Source of the DNA: Candidatus Gottesmanbacteria bacterium
Lineage (GTDB): Bacteria; Patescibacteriota; Microgenomatia; 2-02-FULL-39-11
DNA length: 64,000 nucleotides
NCBI GenBank assembly: GCA_016186795.1
Contig: JACPKY010000002.1
Coordinates: forward strand, 282,593-346,592
Direction of reading: 5' to 3'
Position numbers and translations under genes: made by a program. The notes under the pieces are model-generated. The model worked only from the letters and a program-made list of their open reading frames with translations, was not told the DNA's origin and ran no database searches. The first letter of the stretch is position 1, and every line of letters starts with the position of its first letter. Shown piece by piece: positions 27,957-36,702 of this stretch.

Positions 27957-29153
27957 TTATTCGTTGGGTAAACTTGCATGGCGTTTTATAAATTTCTGTA
28001 TATCCGTGTCAGCATTTGCTATATGGGTTGCTCTTTCTAAAATGATCGTTTTCCACCTCTTCGCTTCATTTATATCTTTACGCCGGCTACTTAATTTCAC
28101 TTCAGCTTGCTTCGTTTTATCAAAGCGGACAATACATAAGTAATCGTTATCCCATATTCCAAAATCGAGTTCACCAATTTTATTTATTAGGTCTTTTGCC
28201 ATACACAAGTAAACTTCAATTCCAAAGCCCAAATCTAAGCGGATATGGTCGAGTAATCGTCTTCTTTTTAAATCCGAGATCGCATCAACAATAAAGACTC
28301 TTTTGAAGTTTTTCATCCTTTTGGCGGCAAGCCGTGCCTGTTGATAATAGGCAGATTGAGTATCCCAAAATTTCAAAGAGGTCAAAAAAGTACAAAATCC
28401 TTCCTTTCGTAAATTCCGAAATTTGAACACGCCTTCATCAAAAACTTCCTCTGGTTCCAGATACAAAACCTCCTCACTATTGGGTGAGAGGTAATCTATT
28501 GCATACAGCTCTTTCCGATGAGCAATGTACTTTTGGTAAAGTGATAAATCCAATCGAGTTTTACAAAGTTCGAGTATCAGAGGAAATTCATTTAAGTTTA
28601 CTTCACTATTCATGTGGCCTGCCCGTTTGACCATGAGAAGTGAACTATGAAGTCTCTTGGCAAATCCTACTGAAAGATATTTCTCGACATACGGATCATT
28701 ATCTGAATATAAAACGTACGATGTCGGGATATTTTTCCGCAAAGCGCGAAAGTTAAAGTCAGTTTTATAAAAGGACTGATTTACACGATCAAATCGCCAA
28801 TCCTTCCCAAGACTACTCAAAAAGGGGCTCACAAATATTGCGCTATCAAGTCTCAGATTGTACCTTTCGACAAGATGGAGAATAAATAATGACCCAAGTG
28901 AGTGACCAATAAAACAGAGATCGTCTTTATCATTGATATCTTTTCTTATCTCTTCAAACGTATGGAACCAATTATCAAGAGATTGAAATTTGGGTTTTGC
29001 GAAAGGACCACTTCGAGCTACTTCATCCCAGTTTTCCACCGGAAATTGTGGAATGACGACACTTTGTCCGAGACTTTCCAGTTTTTCTTTGAGCTCTGGA
29101 AACCAGTTTTCGTTCGGACTACCAAACGAGCCGTGAATGATGACAAAATTCAT
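27957..29153 (-). CDS. Two-domain protein: N-terminal alpha/beta serine hydrolase (YdeN/RBBP9-like) plus ~200-aa C-terminal domain of unknown function
   Basis: IIHGSFGSPNENWFPEL and the GHSLGS nucleophile elbow in the N-terminal half; the C-terminal half has no recognised motif. Confidence 0.5.
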   Translation of the reverse strand: MNFVIIHGSFGSPNENWFPELKEKLESLGQSVVIPQFPVENWDEVARSGPFAKPKFQSLDNWFHTFEEIRKDINDKDDLCFIGHSLGSLFILHLVERYNLRLDSAIFVSPFLSSLGKDWRFDRVNQSFYKTDFNFRALRKNIPTSYVLYSDNDPYVEKYLSVGFAKRLHSSLLMVKRAGHMNSEVNLNEFPLILELCKTRLDLSLYQKYIAHRKELYAIDYLSPNSEEVLYLEPEEVFDEGVFKFRNLRKEGFCTFLTSLKFWDTQSAYYQQARLAAKRMKNFKRVFIVDAISDLKRRRLLDHIRLDLGFGIEVYLCMAKDLINKIGELDFGIWDNDYLCIVRFDKTKQAEVKLSSRRKDINEAKRWKTIILERATHIANADTDIQKFIKRHASLPNE

Positions 29154-29181
29154 TGGAACTATTATACTACGGGATTTGAAG

Positions 29182-30327
29182 CTATAGTTTCCCTTCCTTT
29201 ATTTTTTGTCGAAGCAAACCAACATAGGAGTTGAAATAGTGTACGTTATGGTAGGAAAGAAGTGACATCCCACTTATCTCACGACTGCCAATGAGATGGG
29301 AAAGATAGCTTCGAGAATACGTTTGACAGACTAAACAGGAACACTTCGGATCGAGCGGCTCATTTTCTTTGAGAAAACTTTTCTTTCGAATGTTTAACTT
29401 ACCACGTGATGTAAAAACTGTACCACGACGTGCATAATGTGTAGGCGCGGTACAATCAAAAAGGTCAATCCCGTTTTTGATGATTGGCTCCATATCTTCG
29501 ATGTGACCAATTCCTAAGAGATGCCGTGGTTTTCTCTCGGTAAGATTTGGTATTACCCATTGAAGAATCTTTCCCATCGTTTCTTTACTTTCACCTAAGT
29601 CCCCTCCAATTCCATACCCATCAAACCCTAACGTATCAATATAGTGAGCACTCTCTATGCGAAGATTTTTAAAACGTGAACCTTGCACAATCCCAAAGAT
29701 CGCTTGGGTACTTCTTTTGGCTTGTATGCACGTTAGCGCCCACGTATGGGTCCTATTAAGTGCCTTTCGCACATACGCTTTATTCGAAAGCGGTGGGGTA
29801 CACTCATCGAATGCAAAAATAATATCCGCTCCTAATTTTTCCTGGATTTTCATCGACTCTTTCGGTCCAATAAAAAGGGCAGATCCATCAATCGGAGATC
29901 GGAAGTATACTCCTTCATCTGTAATCTTTAGATTTTGAGGGATTGAATGAGCATGGACATACTCAGTATCTTTCCCAGGAAAAAATTTCATCAACTTCCC
30001 GACATTGAAATCTCTTCCAAATCCAAGTGAAAAGACCTGAAATCCACCTGAATCTGTCATAATAGGTCCATTCCAGTTCATAAACGTATGCAGCCCTCCC
30101 GCCCTTGCGACAACTTCTTCACCAGATGTTACATGCAGATGATACGTATTGGCGATAATTATTTGTGATTTCGTGTCGGTAATATCGCGACTGGTTAACG
30201 TTTTTATTGCACCGAGAGTGGCGACTGGTACAAATGCCGGAGTTTCAACTTCACCGTGAGGAGTTTTTACTATTCCCAACCGCGCATACGATTTTCTCGA
30301 TTTCTTAAGGATTGTATAATCAATCAT
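29182..30327 (-). CDS. tgt: Queuine tRNA-ribosyltransferase
   Basis: TIM-barrel Tgt with the zinc site CSCLVCQTYSRSYLSHL. Confidence 0.9.
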   Translation of the reverse strand: MIDYTILKKSRKSYARLGIVKTPHGEVETPAFVPVATLGAIKTLTSRDITDTKSQIIIANTYHLHVTSGEEVVARAGGLHTFMNWNGPIMTDSGGFQVFSLGFGRDFNVGKLMKFFPGKDTEYVHAHSIPQNLKITDEGVYFRSPIDGSALFIGPKESMKIQEKLGADIIFAFDECTPPLSNKAYVRKALNRTHTWALTCIQAKRSTQAIFGIVQGSRFKNLRIESAHYIDTLGFDGYGIGGDLGESKETMGKILQWVIPNLTERKPRHLLGIGHIEDMEPIIKNGIDLFDCTAPTHYARRGTVFTSRGKLNIRKKSFLKENEPLDPKCSCLVCQTYSRSYLSHLIGSREISGMSLLSYHNVHYFNSYVGLLRQKIKEGKL

Positions 30328-30349
30328 TGTATCGGATAAATTTTGAGGA

Positions 30350-30697
30350 CTAAGAAAGGCTAGCCGAGTTCTTGTGAAAGCATTGATCGATCTTTGCAGC
30401 CATGATGAAATCGTTTATGGAAAGTCCTCCGATTGCATGGGTAAAGAGTTCAAATTTGACTGTGCTGTAATAAATACATATGTTCGGATGATGACCTTCT
30501 CTTTCTGCAATTTTTGAAACAGTGTTTACAAATTCTATTGCACGCACAAAATTCTTACACTTGAATCGTTTGGAAATTTTCTTCTGCTGGTCAAACTCCC
30601 ATCCCGAAAGACTTGCAAGATAGTGCTCTACTTCAGATTGAGTAAAGGGTTTTGTTCCACCTTCGCATGGCTTACACCGTTGTTGAACTAAATCCAT
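30350..30697 (-). CDS. Pterin-4a-carbinolamine dehydratase (PCD/DCoH)
   Basis: EGHHP motif and overall ~115-aa PCD layout; start taken at MDLVQQ. Confidence 0.8.
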   Translation of the reverse strand: MDLVQQRCKPCEGGTKPFTQSEVEHYLASLSGWEFDQQKKISKRFKCKNFVRAIEFVNTVSKIAEREGHHPNICIYYSTVKFELFTHAIGGLSINDFIMAAKIDQCFHKNSASLS

Positions 30698-30751
30698 GGC
30701 CAAATTGTACCATAAAAGCGTGGGAACCAACACTCGTCGAGGAAAAGTAGG

Positions 30752-31018
30752 TTACGAAAGTCCCTGAATAGTTATATCCTCATTTACCGCTTCTTCAAAG
30801 GAAACAAGACCAAGATGTTGTCCGCATTGAGTGCAAACAATCTCCAAAGAGTCGGAAATATGTATGTGCTCCAACTCTACTAAGTAAGAGCTCAACTGAT
30901 CTCCAACAACTTGAATATTGCGGGAGGGGAGAAAAAGGTTATCAGCTCCAAAAAGCGTTGTACCGCAATGAGCACATTTGAAGTGCTTTTCCTCAGAGCT
31001 ATCGGCGTAGTAATTTAA
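30752..31018 (-). CDS. Small Mss4-like zinc-binding protein (MsrB/Yippee-like fold, lacks the MsrB catalytic RYCINS motif)
   Basis: Two CxxC pairs, FKCAHCGTTLF and VCTQCGQHLG, spaced as in MsrB. No catalytic Cys motif is present. The start is uncertain. Confidence 0.35.
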   Translation of the reverse strand, partial: LNYYADSSEEKHFKCAHCGTTLFGADNLFLPSRNIQVVGDQLSSYLVELEHIHISDSLEIVCTQCGQHLGLVSFEEAVNEDITIQGLS

Positions 31019-31058
31019 CATTCTTTCAACTGTATCTGTTACCAGAATACCATTCCTT

Positions 31059-31778
31059 TTATGCAATGTCATCAAGAAGGTTTTGTTGTACAGATTTCTC
31101 TTCATTCCTACTATTCTCAAGGAGTATCTTCATACTATCATACCAATTGCAAAATGGGCAGGATGGACTTGAAGACGGCATCGGATGCTCAAGTACTTCG
31201 ATCGCGTCTTTGATACGCTTCGATGTCTTTTGGGGGTCACCGGAGAGTTTTGCTACATGAATAACCATAGGAAATTGGTTGTGTAGATCAACTCCATCTT
31301 CGGGGTATATATAGATGAGGTATCCAAAATTGCCAATTGATCGACCGTTTTGTTGCATGACAAACAGATAATCATCAATCTGGGACTGATAGGCAGAAAG
31401 GGTTTCCCGATTTCTAGGATCAGAGCTTGACGTTTTGAAGTCAACTGGAATATACTCTCCGCTTTCAGTCACAATACACTCATCAAGTTTCCCTAAAAAT
31501 CCGTAAGAATCATTGAGAGTCACGAAATATTTTTCCTGAAAAGGATTTTGTAATCTTCCGGAGATTTTGCCCTGAATAAGAGGTGGGAGTGTATTTTTCT
31601 CTCGAAATTGGTTGAAATATCCTTTCATAACGACATCAAAACGGTTTGCAAGACGTGAAACGATGCCCTCCGGCTGGCGAATGTCTTTTTTATACTGGAG
31701 CCAAAAGCATCGAGGACAGCGATTGAGAGATTCAATACCCGTGTGAGATAACCAAATACGACCGTCTTTACTCATAGA
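31059..31778 (-). CDS. PD-(D/E)xK nuclease-superfamily protein with Cas4/AddB-like Fe-S cysteines (orphan)
   Basis: N-terminal CPRC, central D...EYIPVDFK (D/ExK) and C-terminal CPFCNW. There are no cas1/cas2 genes and no array nearby. The start was chosen at MSKDGRIW. Confidence 0.45.
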   Translation of the reverse strand, partial: SMSKDGRIWLSHTGIESLNRCPRCFWLQYKKDIRQPEGIVSRLANRFDVVMKGYFNQFREKNTLPPLIQGKISGRLQNPFQEKYFVTLNDSYGFLGKLDECIVTESGEYIPVDFKTSSSDPRNRETLSAYQSQIDDYLFVMQQNGRSIGNFGYLIYIYPEDGVDLHNQFPMVIHVAKLSGDPQKTSKRIKDAIEVLEHPMPSSSPSCPFCNWYDSMKILLENSRNEEKSVQQNLLDDIA

Positions 31779-31788
31779 GAGGGCGTTT

Positions 31789-32400
31789 TTATTCTTTTGT
31801 GGTAAGCAAGAAAAGTTTTCCCGCGGCAAGTCCCCCAACAAGAGGTGCAACTGTATAGAGAATCGCAGAGGGAAGTACCGTACCAATGGTGATTATATTA
31901 AAAAGTATTGATCCAAGCGCTACAGCCGGATTATAGACACTTCCGGAAATATCGGCTCCTGCGTATCCAAATGCCAGAAGTGTTGTGCCAATTGCTAAGC
32001 CAAAATACTGATTTCCTTTCGTATGCTTTGAAGTTGCGACGTGTAAAACGACAAATGCTAATGCGCCCGCTCCAACCAATTCCATGATGAATGAGGGAAC
32101 GAAAGACGCCTTCGGACTAACGATAAAAAACTGCTCGTGCACAATTGCGTATAAAAGGGAGGCTGTCAATCCCCCAACAAGTTGAAAAAGCATATACATC
32201 TGCATATCCGTAAAAGAAATTGCACCCCGCACCCACACAGCAAACGTTACCGCGGGATTGTAGTGACCACCAGATATTGCCCCTCCCATGTAAACGAGGC
32301 CTATCAGGATAGCTCCTACCGCAAGGGGAACACCTGAAAAAGAGATGACGGTGGTGAGGAGAAACGTTCCTACTAACTCAATGAGGTATTTGTTCATCAA
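31789..32400 (-). CDS. Aquaporin / MIP-family channel
   Basis: Two NPA boxes (HYNPAVTFA and YNPAVALG), 6 TM helices. Confidence 0.8.
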   Translation of the reverse strand: MMNKYLIELVGTFLLTTVISFSGVPLAVGAILIGLVYMGGAISGGHYNPAVTFAVWVRGAISFTDMQMYMLFQLVGGLTASLLYAIVHEQFFIVSPKASFVPSFIMELVGAGALAFVVLHVATSKHTKGNQYFGLAIGTTLLAFGYAGADISGSVYNPAVALGSILFNIITIGTVLPSAILYTVAPLVGGLAAGKLFLLTTKE

Positions 32401-32436
32401 TATAAATTGTAGACGGCAATTGTATAGCCGTCAATA

Positions 32437-33612
32437 TCAAACTTTTGTCGTATCTTTTGTTGGCGAATTTTTATCACCCGACTCTAACTCGTTTAGATCG
32501 AGCCCTTTTATCTGACTAAATGATGGACCAATTAATCCTTGCAGATTCCCTGCTACTTGAGCTGTTCCCCGTGTAAGTCTCGCTATTTGAGTCTCTCTCA
32601 TTTTCCAAATTTTTTCATATGCAACACGTTCTTTCTCTATCTGTTTTTTCATATCACTGTAAATCTCTATCATTTCTTCCACGTGTTGTCGAAACTCGTG
32701 TCCATTTACGTATTCATACACTTCAACTGCTTTTCCTTCCCTGTTTTGCACGATAAATTTTTCGCGCGCTACGTCAAATAAATTCTTACGAAGTATTTCA
32801 GCCAATGTCAGCGCAAACGTATGAGTACATATGTAGACCCCCTCTTTATATCCCATTCCGGAGGTAATATCTTTTGGTGTGACTGCGGTAACTATGATCG
32901 AAATATGAGCTTTTGATCTTCGAAGATCTTCTTTGAGTTTCGCAATCCATCCGTCCTGCCAACCTTTTGTTCTTTTTGATTCCCATAGAATAACTCCGCA
33001 AATATTCCCAAGGGGTGTTTTAACAATCTGTCGTAAATCTGCACCTCGCTCGCCTTTTTCGACAGATTCAATAATATCATGAGGAAATGCTTGCTTGAGC
33101 GTCATCTCAAGATCAAGTTCTTGCACTTCCCCTTGGAGTTGTTGTGAAGAGCTTTCGGCTTTGCGCCGAGCATCTTCCAACGCCACTTTTAGATCATGAA
33201 TGATCTTCTCTTTTTCTTGTTCCTTCAACCTATACTGTTCGAAAACTTGTTTGGCTACCGCTTCTTCAACTTTCTTCCTTTCCTCATCGACTCTCCGAAC
33301 AATCGTAAGCGACAATTCTTTTTCTTTCTCCTCCACCTTTCGCTTTTCTTCCCGTAGTTTTATTTCCTGCTCCCGATGTTCCGAGAGTCGCTTTTCTTTT
33401 TCCTCAACTTGTTTTTTCAGATCTGTTATCTCCATCGAAGTTTTTTCTTGAAGTTCTTTGGCGAACTCGGTTTCTAACTCTTTTTTTGCTTTTTCCAGCT
33501 CTTCTTTGAATTTCTCACGTTCGGAAAGACGTATTTTCTCTTCGACTTCATGACGAAACGCTTCGGATATTTCAACTGTCTTACCACAATGAGGACAACG
33601 TATACTATTCAT
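32437..33612 (-). CDS. DUF2130/RmuC-like protein: N-terminal zinc ribbon, long coiled coil, C-terminal putative PD-(D/E)xK nuclease-like domain
   Basis: CPHCG start, an ~200-aa E/K-rich coiled coil, then GADLRQIV...VILWESKRTK, which fits a D...ExK pattern. The nuclease assignment is inference. Confidence 0.45.
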   Translation of the reverse strand: MNSIRCPHCGKTVEISEAFRHEVEEKIRLSEREKFKEELEKAKKELETEFAKELQEKTSMEITDLKKQVEEKEKRLSEHREQEIKLREEKRKVEEKEKELSLTIVRRVDEERKKVEEAVAKQVFEQYRLKEQEKEKIIHDLKVALEDARRKAESSSQQLQGEVQELDLEMTLKQAFPHDIIESVEKGERGADLRQIVKTPLGNICGVILWESKRTKGWQDGWIAKLKEDLRRSKAHISIIVTAVTPKDITSGMGYKEGVYICTHTFALTLAEILRKNLFDVAREKFIVQNREGKAVEVYEYVNGHEFRQHVEEMIEIYSDMKKQIEKERVAYEKIWKMRETQIARLTRGTAQVAGNLQGLIGPSFSQIKGLDLNELESGDKNSPTKDTTKV

Positions 33613-33825
33613 AGATATTTTCTTATTATACTATGCATACAAAGATATCGAATCATTACTTGAGCCAGCGTAAACCTAACAGGCCCACAACAATAAGCCC
33701 GATTCCAATGAGCCATTTCTTAACAGGTTCCGCAAGAATAGGAGATTCTCTCTCTTTCATCTCTCGTATCATACCATCTTGATAATAATGGAAGACTTTA
33801 TTATGATATATGTATTCTTTCGGGG

Positions 33826-33950
33826 ATAGGTGATCCGCGAGCTCGCGGAAAGTCCTAATCGGTGGTAAAAACCCACGAGTCCCGCTATGCGGGACACGAT
33901 CGAGTTAAAATCTTGAGTCGACCGTATAGTCGGGATGAAAGGAAGAATAA
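33826..33950 (+). promoter_or_regulatory. Second FMN riboswitch (RFN element) upstream of a transporter gene
   Basis: uucuuucggggauaggug...aucgguggua..acccacgagucccg...ucgaccguauagucgggaugaaaggaagaa aligns block-by-block with the first copy at 14118-14225. It is followed by an ~85-nt platform and an AAAGGAG SD. Confidence 0.75.
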
Positions 33951-34035
33951 AGCTGGATGGAAATTCAGTTTTCCTTGTAATCTCTTCTAACTCCCCGAAC
34001 GATTTTATTCATTTTTCTTATCAAAAGGAGTTTAT

Positions 34036-34944
34036 ATGAAACTTGTACGCTCTCTGGTATCCTCTGGACCTGTCTTTATCATCATTGCCGCTCTTCTTTG
34101 GAGCATGGATGGAATCCTTCGACGTAGCCTCTATAGTCTTCCTCCTGAGATTATAGTCTTCTGGGAACATCTCTTAGGAGCAATTATTCTCATTCCCTTT
34201 TTTTTCCCTCGACTCAAAGAGCTAAAAACGATGACGCGCAAAGAGTGGATTTCAGTAGGTATTGTTTCTCTTTTCTCTGGAGCACTCGGAACAATCTTCT
34301 ACACCGCAGCTCTTGGGATGGTCGCCTATATTCAATTCTCTGTCGTTGTCCTCCTGCAACAACTCCAACCCATTTGGGCAATTGCAGCTGCTGCACTACT
34401 TCTCAAAGAAAAACTTACGATAGACTTCCTCAAATGGGCGGCATTAGGGATAGTTGCTGCCTATTTTGTAACATTTCGTGACCTTCACCTCAATATTACT
34501 CTTGGTAATCCGACGTTTATTGCAGCACTCCTTGCACTTTTCGCCGGCATGATGTGGGCGGTCTCAACATCGTTTTCCAAAATAGTACTAAATAAAATAT
34601 CCTACTTTAGCGCTACAAGCCTTCGCTTTTGGCTGGCACCGATCTTTGCATTCGCGATCGCCGGATATCAGGGTCATACCCAGTCCTTTACCGCTCTCAC
34701 GTCCGCGCAATGGGTAACTCTTTTGGGAATTACACTCTCAACCGGCATGGTAGCACTTGTCATCTATTATTATGGGCTACGAAAAACTCCAGCAAGGGTT
34801 TCTACTATCTGTGAGCTTGTCTGGCCGGGATCAGCCATTTTTATAGACTACTTTCTCTATAAACAAACACTATCGGTTACTCAAATCATTGGAGTAGGAC
34901 TTCTCCTCTTCTCTATCTACCATGTCTCAAAATTCAGAAAATAA
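34036..34944 (+). CDS. DMT-superfamily (EamA-like, 10-TM) transporter; predicted riboflavin importer (ImpX/RibN-like) by riboswitch context
   Basis: Two EamA-like 5-TM halves and an FMN riboswitch immediately upstream. The substrate is inferred from context. Confidence 0.6.
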   Translation: MKLVRSLVSSGPVFIIIAALLWSMDGILRRSLYSLPPEIIVFWEHLLGAIILIPFFFPRLKELKTMTRKEWISVGIVSLFSGALGTIFYTAALGMVAYIQFSVVVLLQQLQPIWAIAAAALLLKEKLTIDFLKWAALGIVAAYFVTFRDLHLNITLGNPTFIAALLALFAGMMWAVSTSFSKIVLNKISYFSATSLRFWLAPIFAFAIAGYQGHTQSFTALTSAQWVTLLGITLSTGMVALVIYYYGLRKTPARVSTICELVWPGSAIFIDYFLYKQTLSVTQIIGVGLLLFSIYHVSKFRK

Positions 34945-35314
34945 AGATCCCTGGCTTACTGGAACAGTTCTGCGGGGGAAAAAGCTTGGTCGCACACTTA
35001 GCTACCCTACACTCAACCTTAGTAAACCTGAGGTTATGAAAGGGTATAAAGAGGGTGTCTATGCATGCGTTGTCGAAATAGGATCAAGAAACTACTATGG
35101 AGCTCTGTATTATGGACCTCGAATATTTTTGGGGGAGAATTATGCTGTTCTTGAGATTTTTGTACTGAACTTTTCAAAAGAAGTCTATGGAGAAGGTATA
35201 CGGTTTAAGCCGCAACAGTATATACGTGATGTTCTATCGTTCTCTTCTACAAAAAAACTGCAACAACAGTTGCAAAAAGACGTTGCTGAAATAAGACGTA
35301 TCTATCGACTTTGA
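34922..35314 (+). CDS. Monofunctional riboflavin kinase (flavokinase domain only)
   Basis: TGTVLRGKKLGRTLSYPTLNL matches the flavokinase motif (GxVxxGxxxGRxLGFPTxN). It is 130 aa with no FAD-synthetase domain, and its start overlaps the transporter gene end. Confidence 0.7.
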   Translation: MSQNSENKDPWLTGTVLRGKKLGRTLSYPTLNLSKPEVMKGYKEGVYACVVEIGSRNYYGALYYGPRIFLGENYAVLEIFVLNFSKEVYGEGIRFKPQQYIRDVLSFSSTKKLQQQLQKDVAEIRRIYRL

Positions 35315-35346
35315 AAGGTACCCCACCTTTGATACAATTACTTCAC

Positions 35347-35419
35347 GCCGACATAGCTCAGCTGGTAGAGCGGCGCTTTCGTAAAGCGTAGGTCGTCGGT
35401 TCGATCCCGACTGTCGGCT
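35347..35419 (+). tRNA. tRNA-Thr (anticodon CGT), CCA not encoded
   Basis: Acceptor GCCGACA/TGTCGGC, D-stem GCTC/GAGC, anticodon loop TTCGTAA, T-stem GTCGG/CCGAC. Confidence 0.75.
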
Positions 35420-35429
35420 CAAGATAGGA

Positions 35430-35915
35430 CTACTGGAGCCATTGGATAAAGGTACACCCTGTGGCTTTGCGAGCAACTTTATCCCAACCGTTCGTTGAGC
35501 ACTTTTTCATTTTTTTGCCAGAAGAAGTCGTAAAAAGAACAAGAGGATTACCGCACTCAGGACACTTTTCATCAAGAGATTCTGTCGTTCCATTAATCCA
35601 CTCTACATAGTCGCACCCGCTTGCTTGCCTGGTCTGGGGATCCCAGGTGTTCGTTGAGCACTTTTTCATTTTTTTGCCACTTCGGGTCACTACCAAAAGA
35701 AGGGGTGAACCGCATTTGGGACATTTTTCATCGAGTTTTTCAGGTTCTACCTCCAACCATTTCACAAAATTGCACCCTTCATTCCTTCTTGTATCGGCAT
35801 TCCAATGGCTTTTGGAACACCTTTGCAATTTTTTTCCTGTTTGGGTAGTAACAATTTCACCAAGAATTGACCCACATTTCGGACAAACATCCGTCTCTAC
35901 TTTCTGTGTCATCAT
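35430..35915 (-). CDS. Protein made of three tandem topoisomerase-type C4 zinc-ribbon modules
   Basis: Three ~50-aa repeats (CPKCGS..L.....SGKKMKKCS..W......GC.FV.W). The repeats are also visible at the DNA level (gttcgttgagcactttttcatttttttgcca at ~35480 and ~35645). Confidence 0.55.
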   Translation of the reverse strand: MMTQKVETDVCPKCGSILGEIVTTQTGKKLQRCSKSHWNADTRRNEGCNFVKWLEVEPEKLDEKCPKCGSPLLLVVTRSGKKMKKCSTNTWDPQTRQASGCDYVEWINGTTESLDEKCPECGNPLVLFTTSSGKKMKKCSTNGWDKVARKATGCTFIQWLQ

Positions 35916-35988
35916 AGTATGTATGTATCTTTACTGTTTATGAATGTTTTGTCAATTGCATCTTTCTGATAAAATGGAGTAACTCTTT

Positions 35989-36702
35989 ATGCTCCAACCA
36001 TCGCATAGGATCAGGGTCCAAGAAAAGCGTCTCGTTCGGAAACTTATTTTTGCAGTCACTCTCACAGTTATTTTTTCCGTTCTTGTCGTATTTGCTGGAC
36101 TTCCGCTTCTTGCAAATGTTATTGTCTTCACTTCCTCCTTCCAATCGAATAAATCACCAACAGAAGAGAAAGAACCATCCTACCTTTTTCCCCCTGTTCT
36201 TGATCCTCTACCTGAGGCAACCAACTCAGGAATCTTAGTTGTATCAGGGTATGGGCAAAAGGATACAGAAATTATCATTTTCGTCAATGATAAAAAAATT
36301 TCTGAAATAAAAACAGACGAAAACGGTGCCTTCAGCGCTGAAAAAGTGAGATTGTCAGAGGGAGATAACACCATTACGGCAAAAGTTATGAAAGATGAAA
36401 AGGAAAGCAGTCCTTCGAATGCACTAACGGTCGTCTATAAAAAATCAGCACCGAAATTAGAGATTCAAACCCCTGCCCAGGATCAAAGAATCATCTCTGA
36501 TTCCAATCAACTTGAGATTGTCGGAGAGACAGAACCAGGAAATAAAGTAACGGTCAATGATAGATTTGTCATAGTCAACTCCGTTGGAAAATTTACTTTT
36601 ACCGTAACCCTTTCAAATGGAGAAAATACCTTTAAGATTGAGGCAACCGATCCAGCGGGAAATAAAACGACAGAGGAACGGAAAGTTACATACAGTTCCT
36701 AA
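35989..36702 (+). CDS. Membrane-anchored protein with Ig-like (Big) beta-sandwich repeats
   Basis: N-terminal TM, then T/E/K-rich beta-strand repeats (EIKTDENGAFSAEKV..., KVTVNDRFVIVNSVGKFTFTV...). Confidence 0.4.
   Translation: MLQPSHRIRVQEKRLVRKLIFAVTLTVIFSVLVVFAGLPLLANVIVFTSSFQSNKSPTEEKEPSYLFPPVLDPLPEATNSGILVVSGYGQKDTEIIIFVNDKKISEIKTDENGAFSAEKVRLSEGDNTITAKVMKDEKESSPSNALTVVYKKSAPKLEIQTPAQDQRIISDSNQLEIVGETEPGNKVTVNDRFVIVNSVGKFTFTVTLSNGENTFKIEATDPAGNKTTEERKVTYSS

Noticed and set aside
31059-31886. Cas4-like nuclease as evidence of a CRISPR-Cas locus
   Set aside because: No repeat-spacer array and no cas1/cas2 or effector genes exist anywhere in the window; it is treated as an orphan PD-(D/E)xK nuclease.
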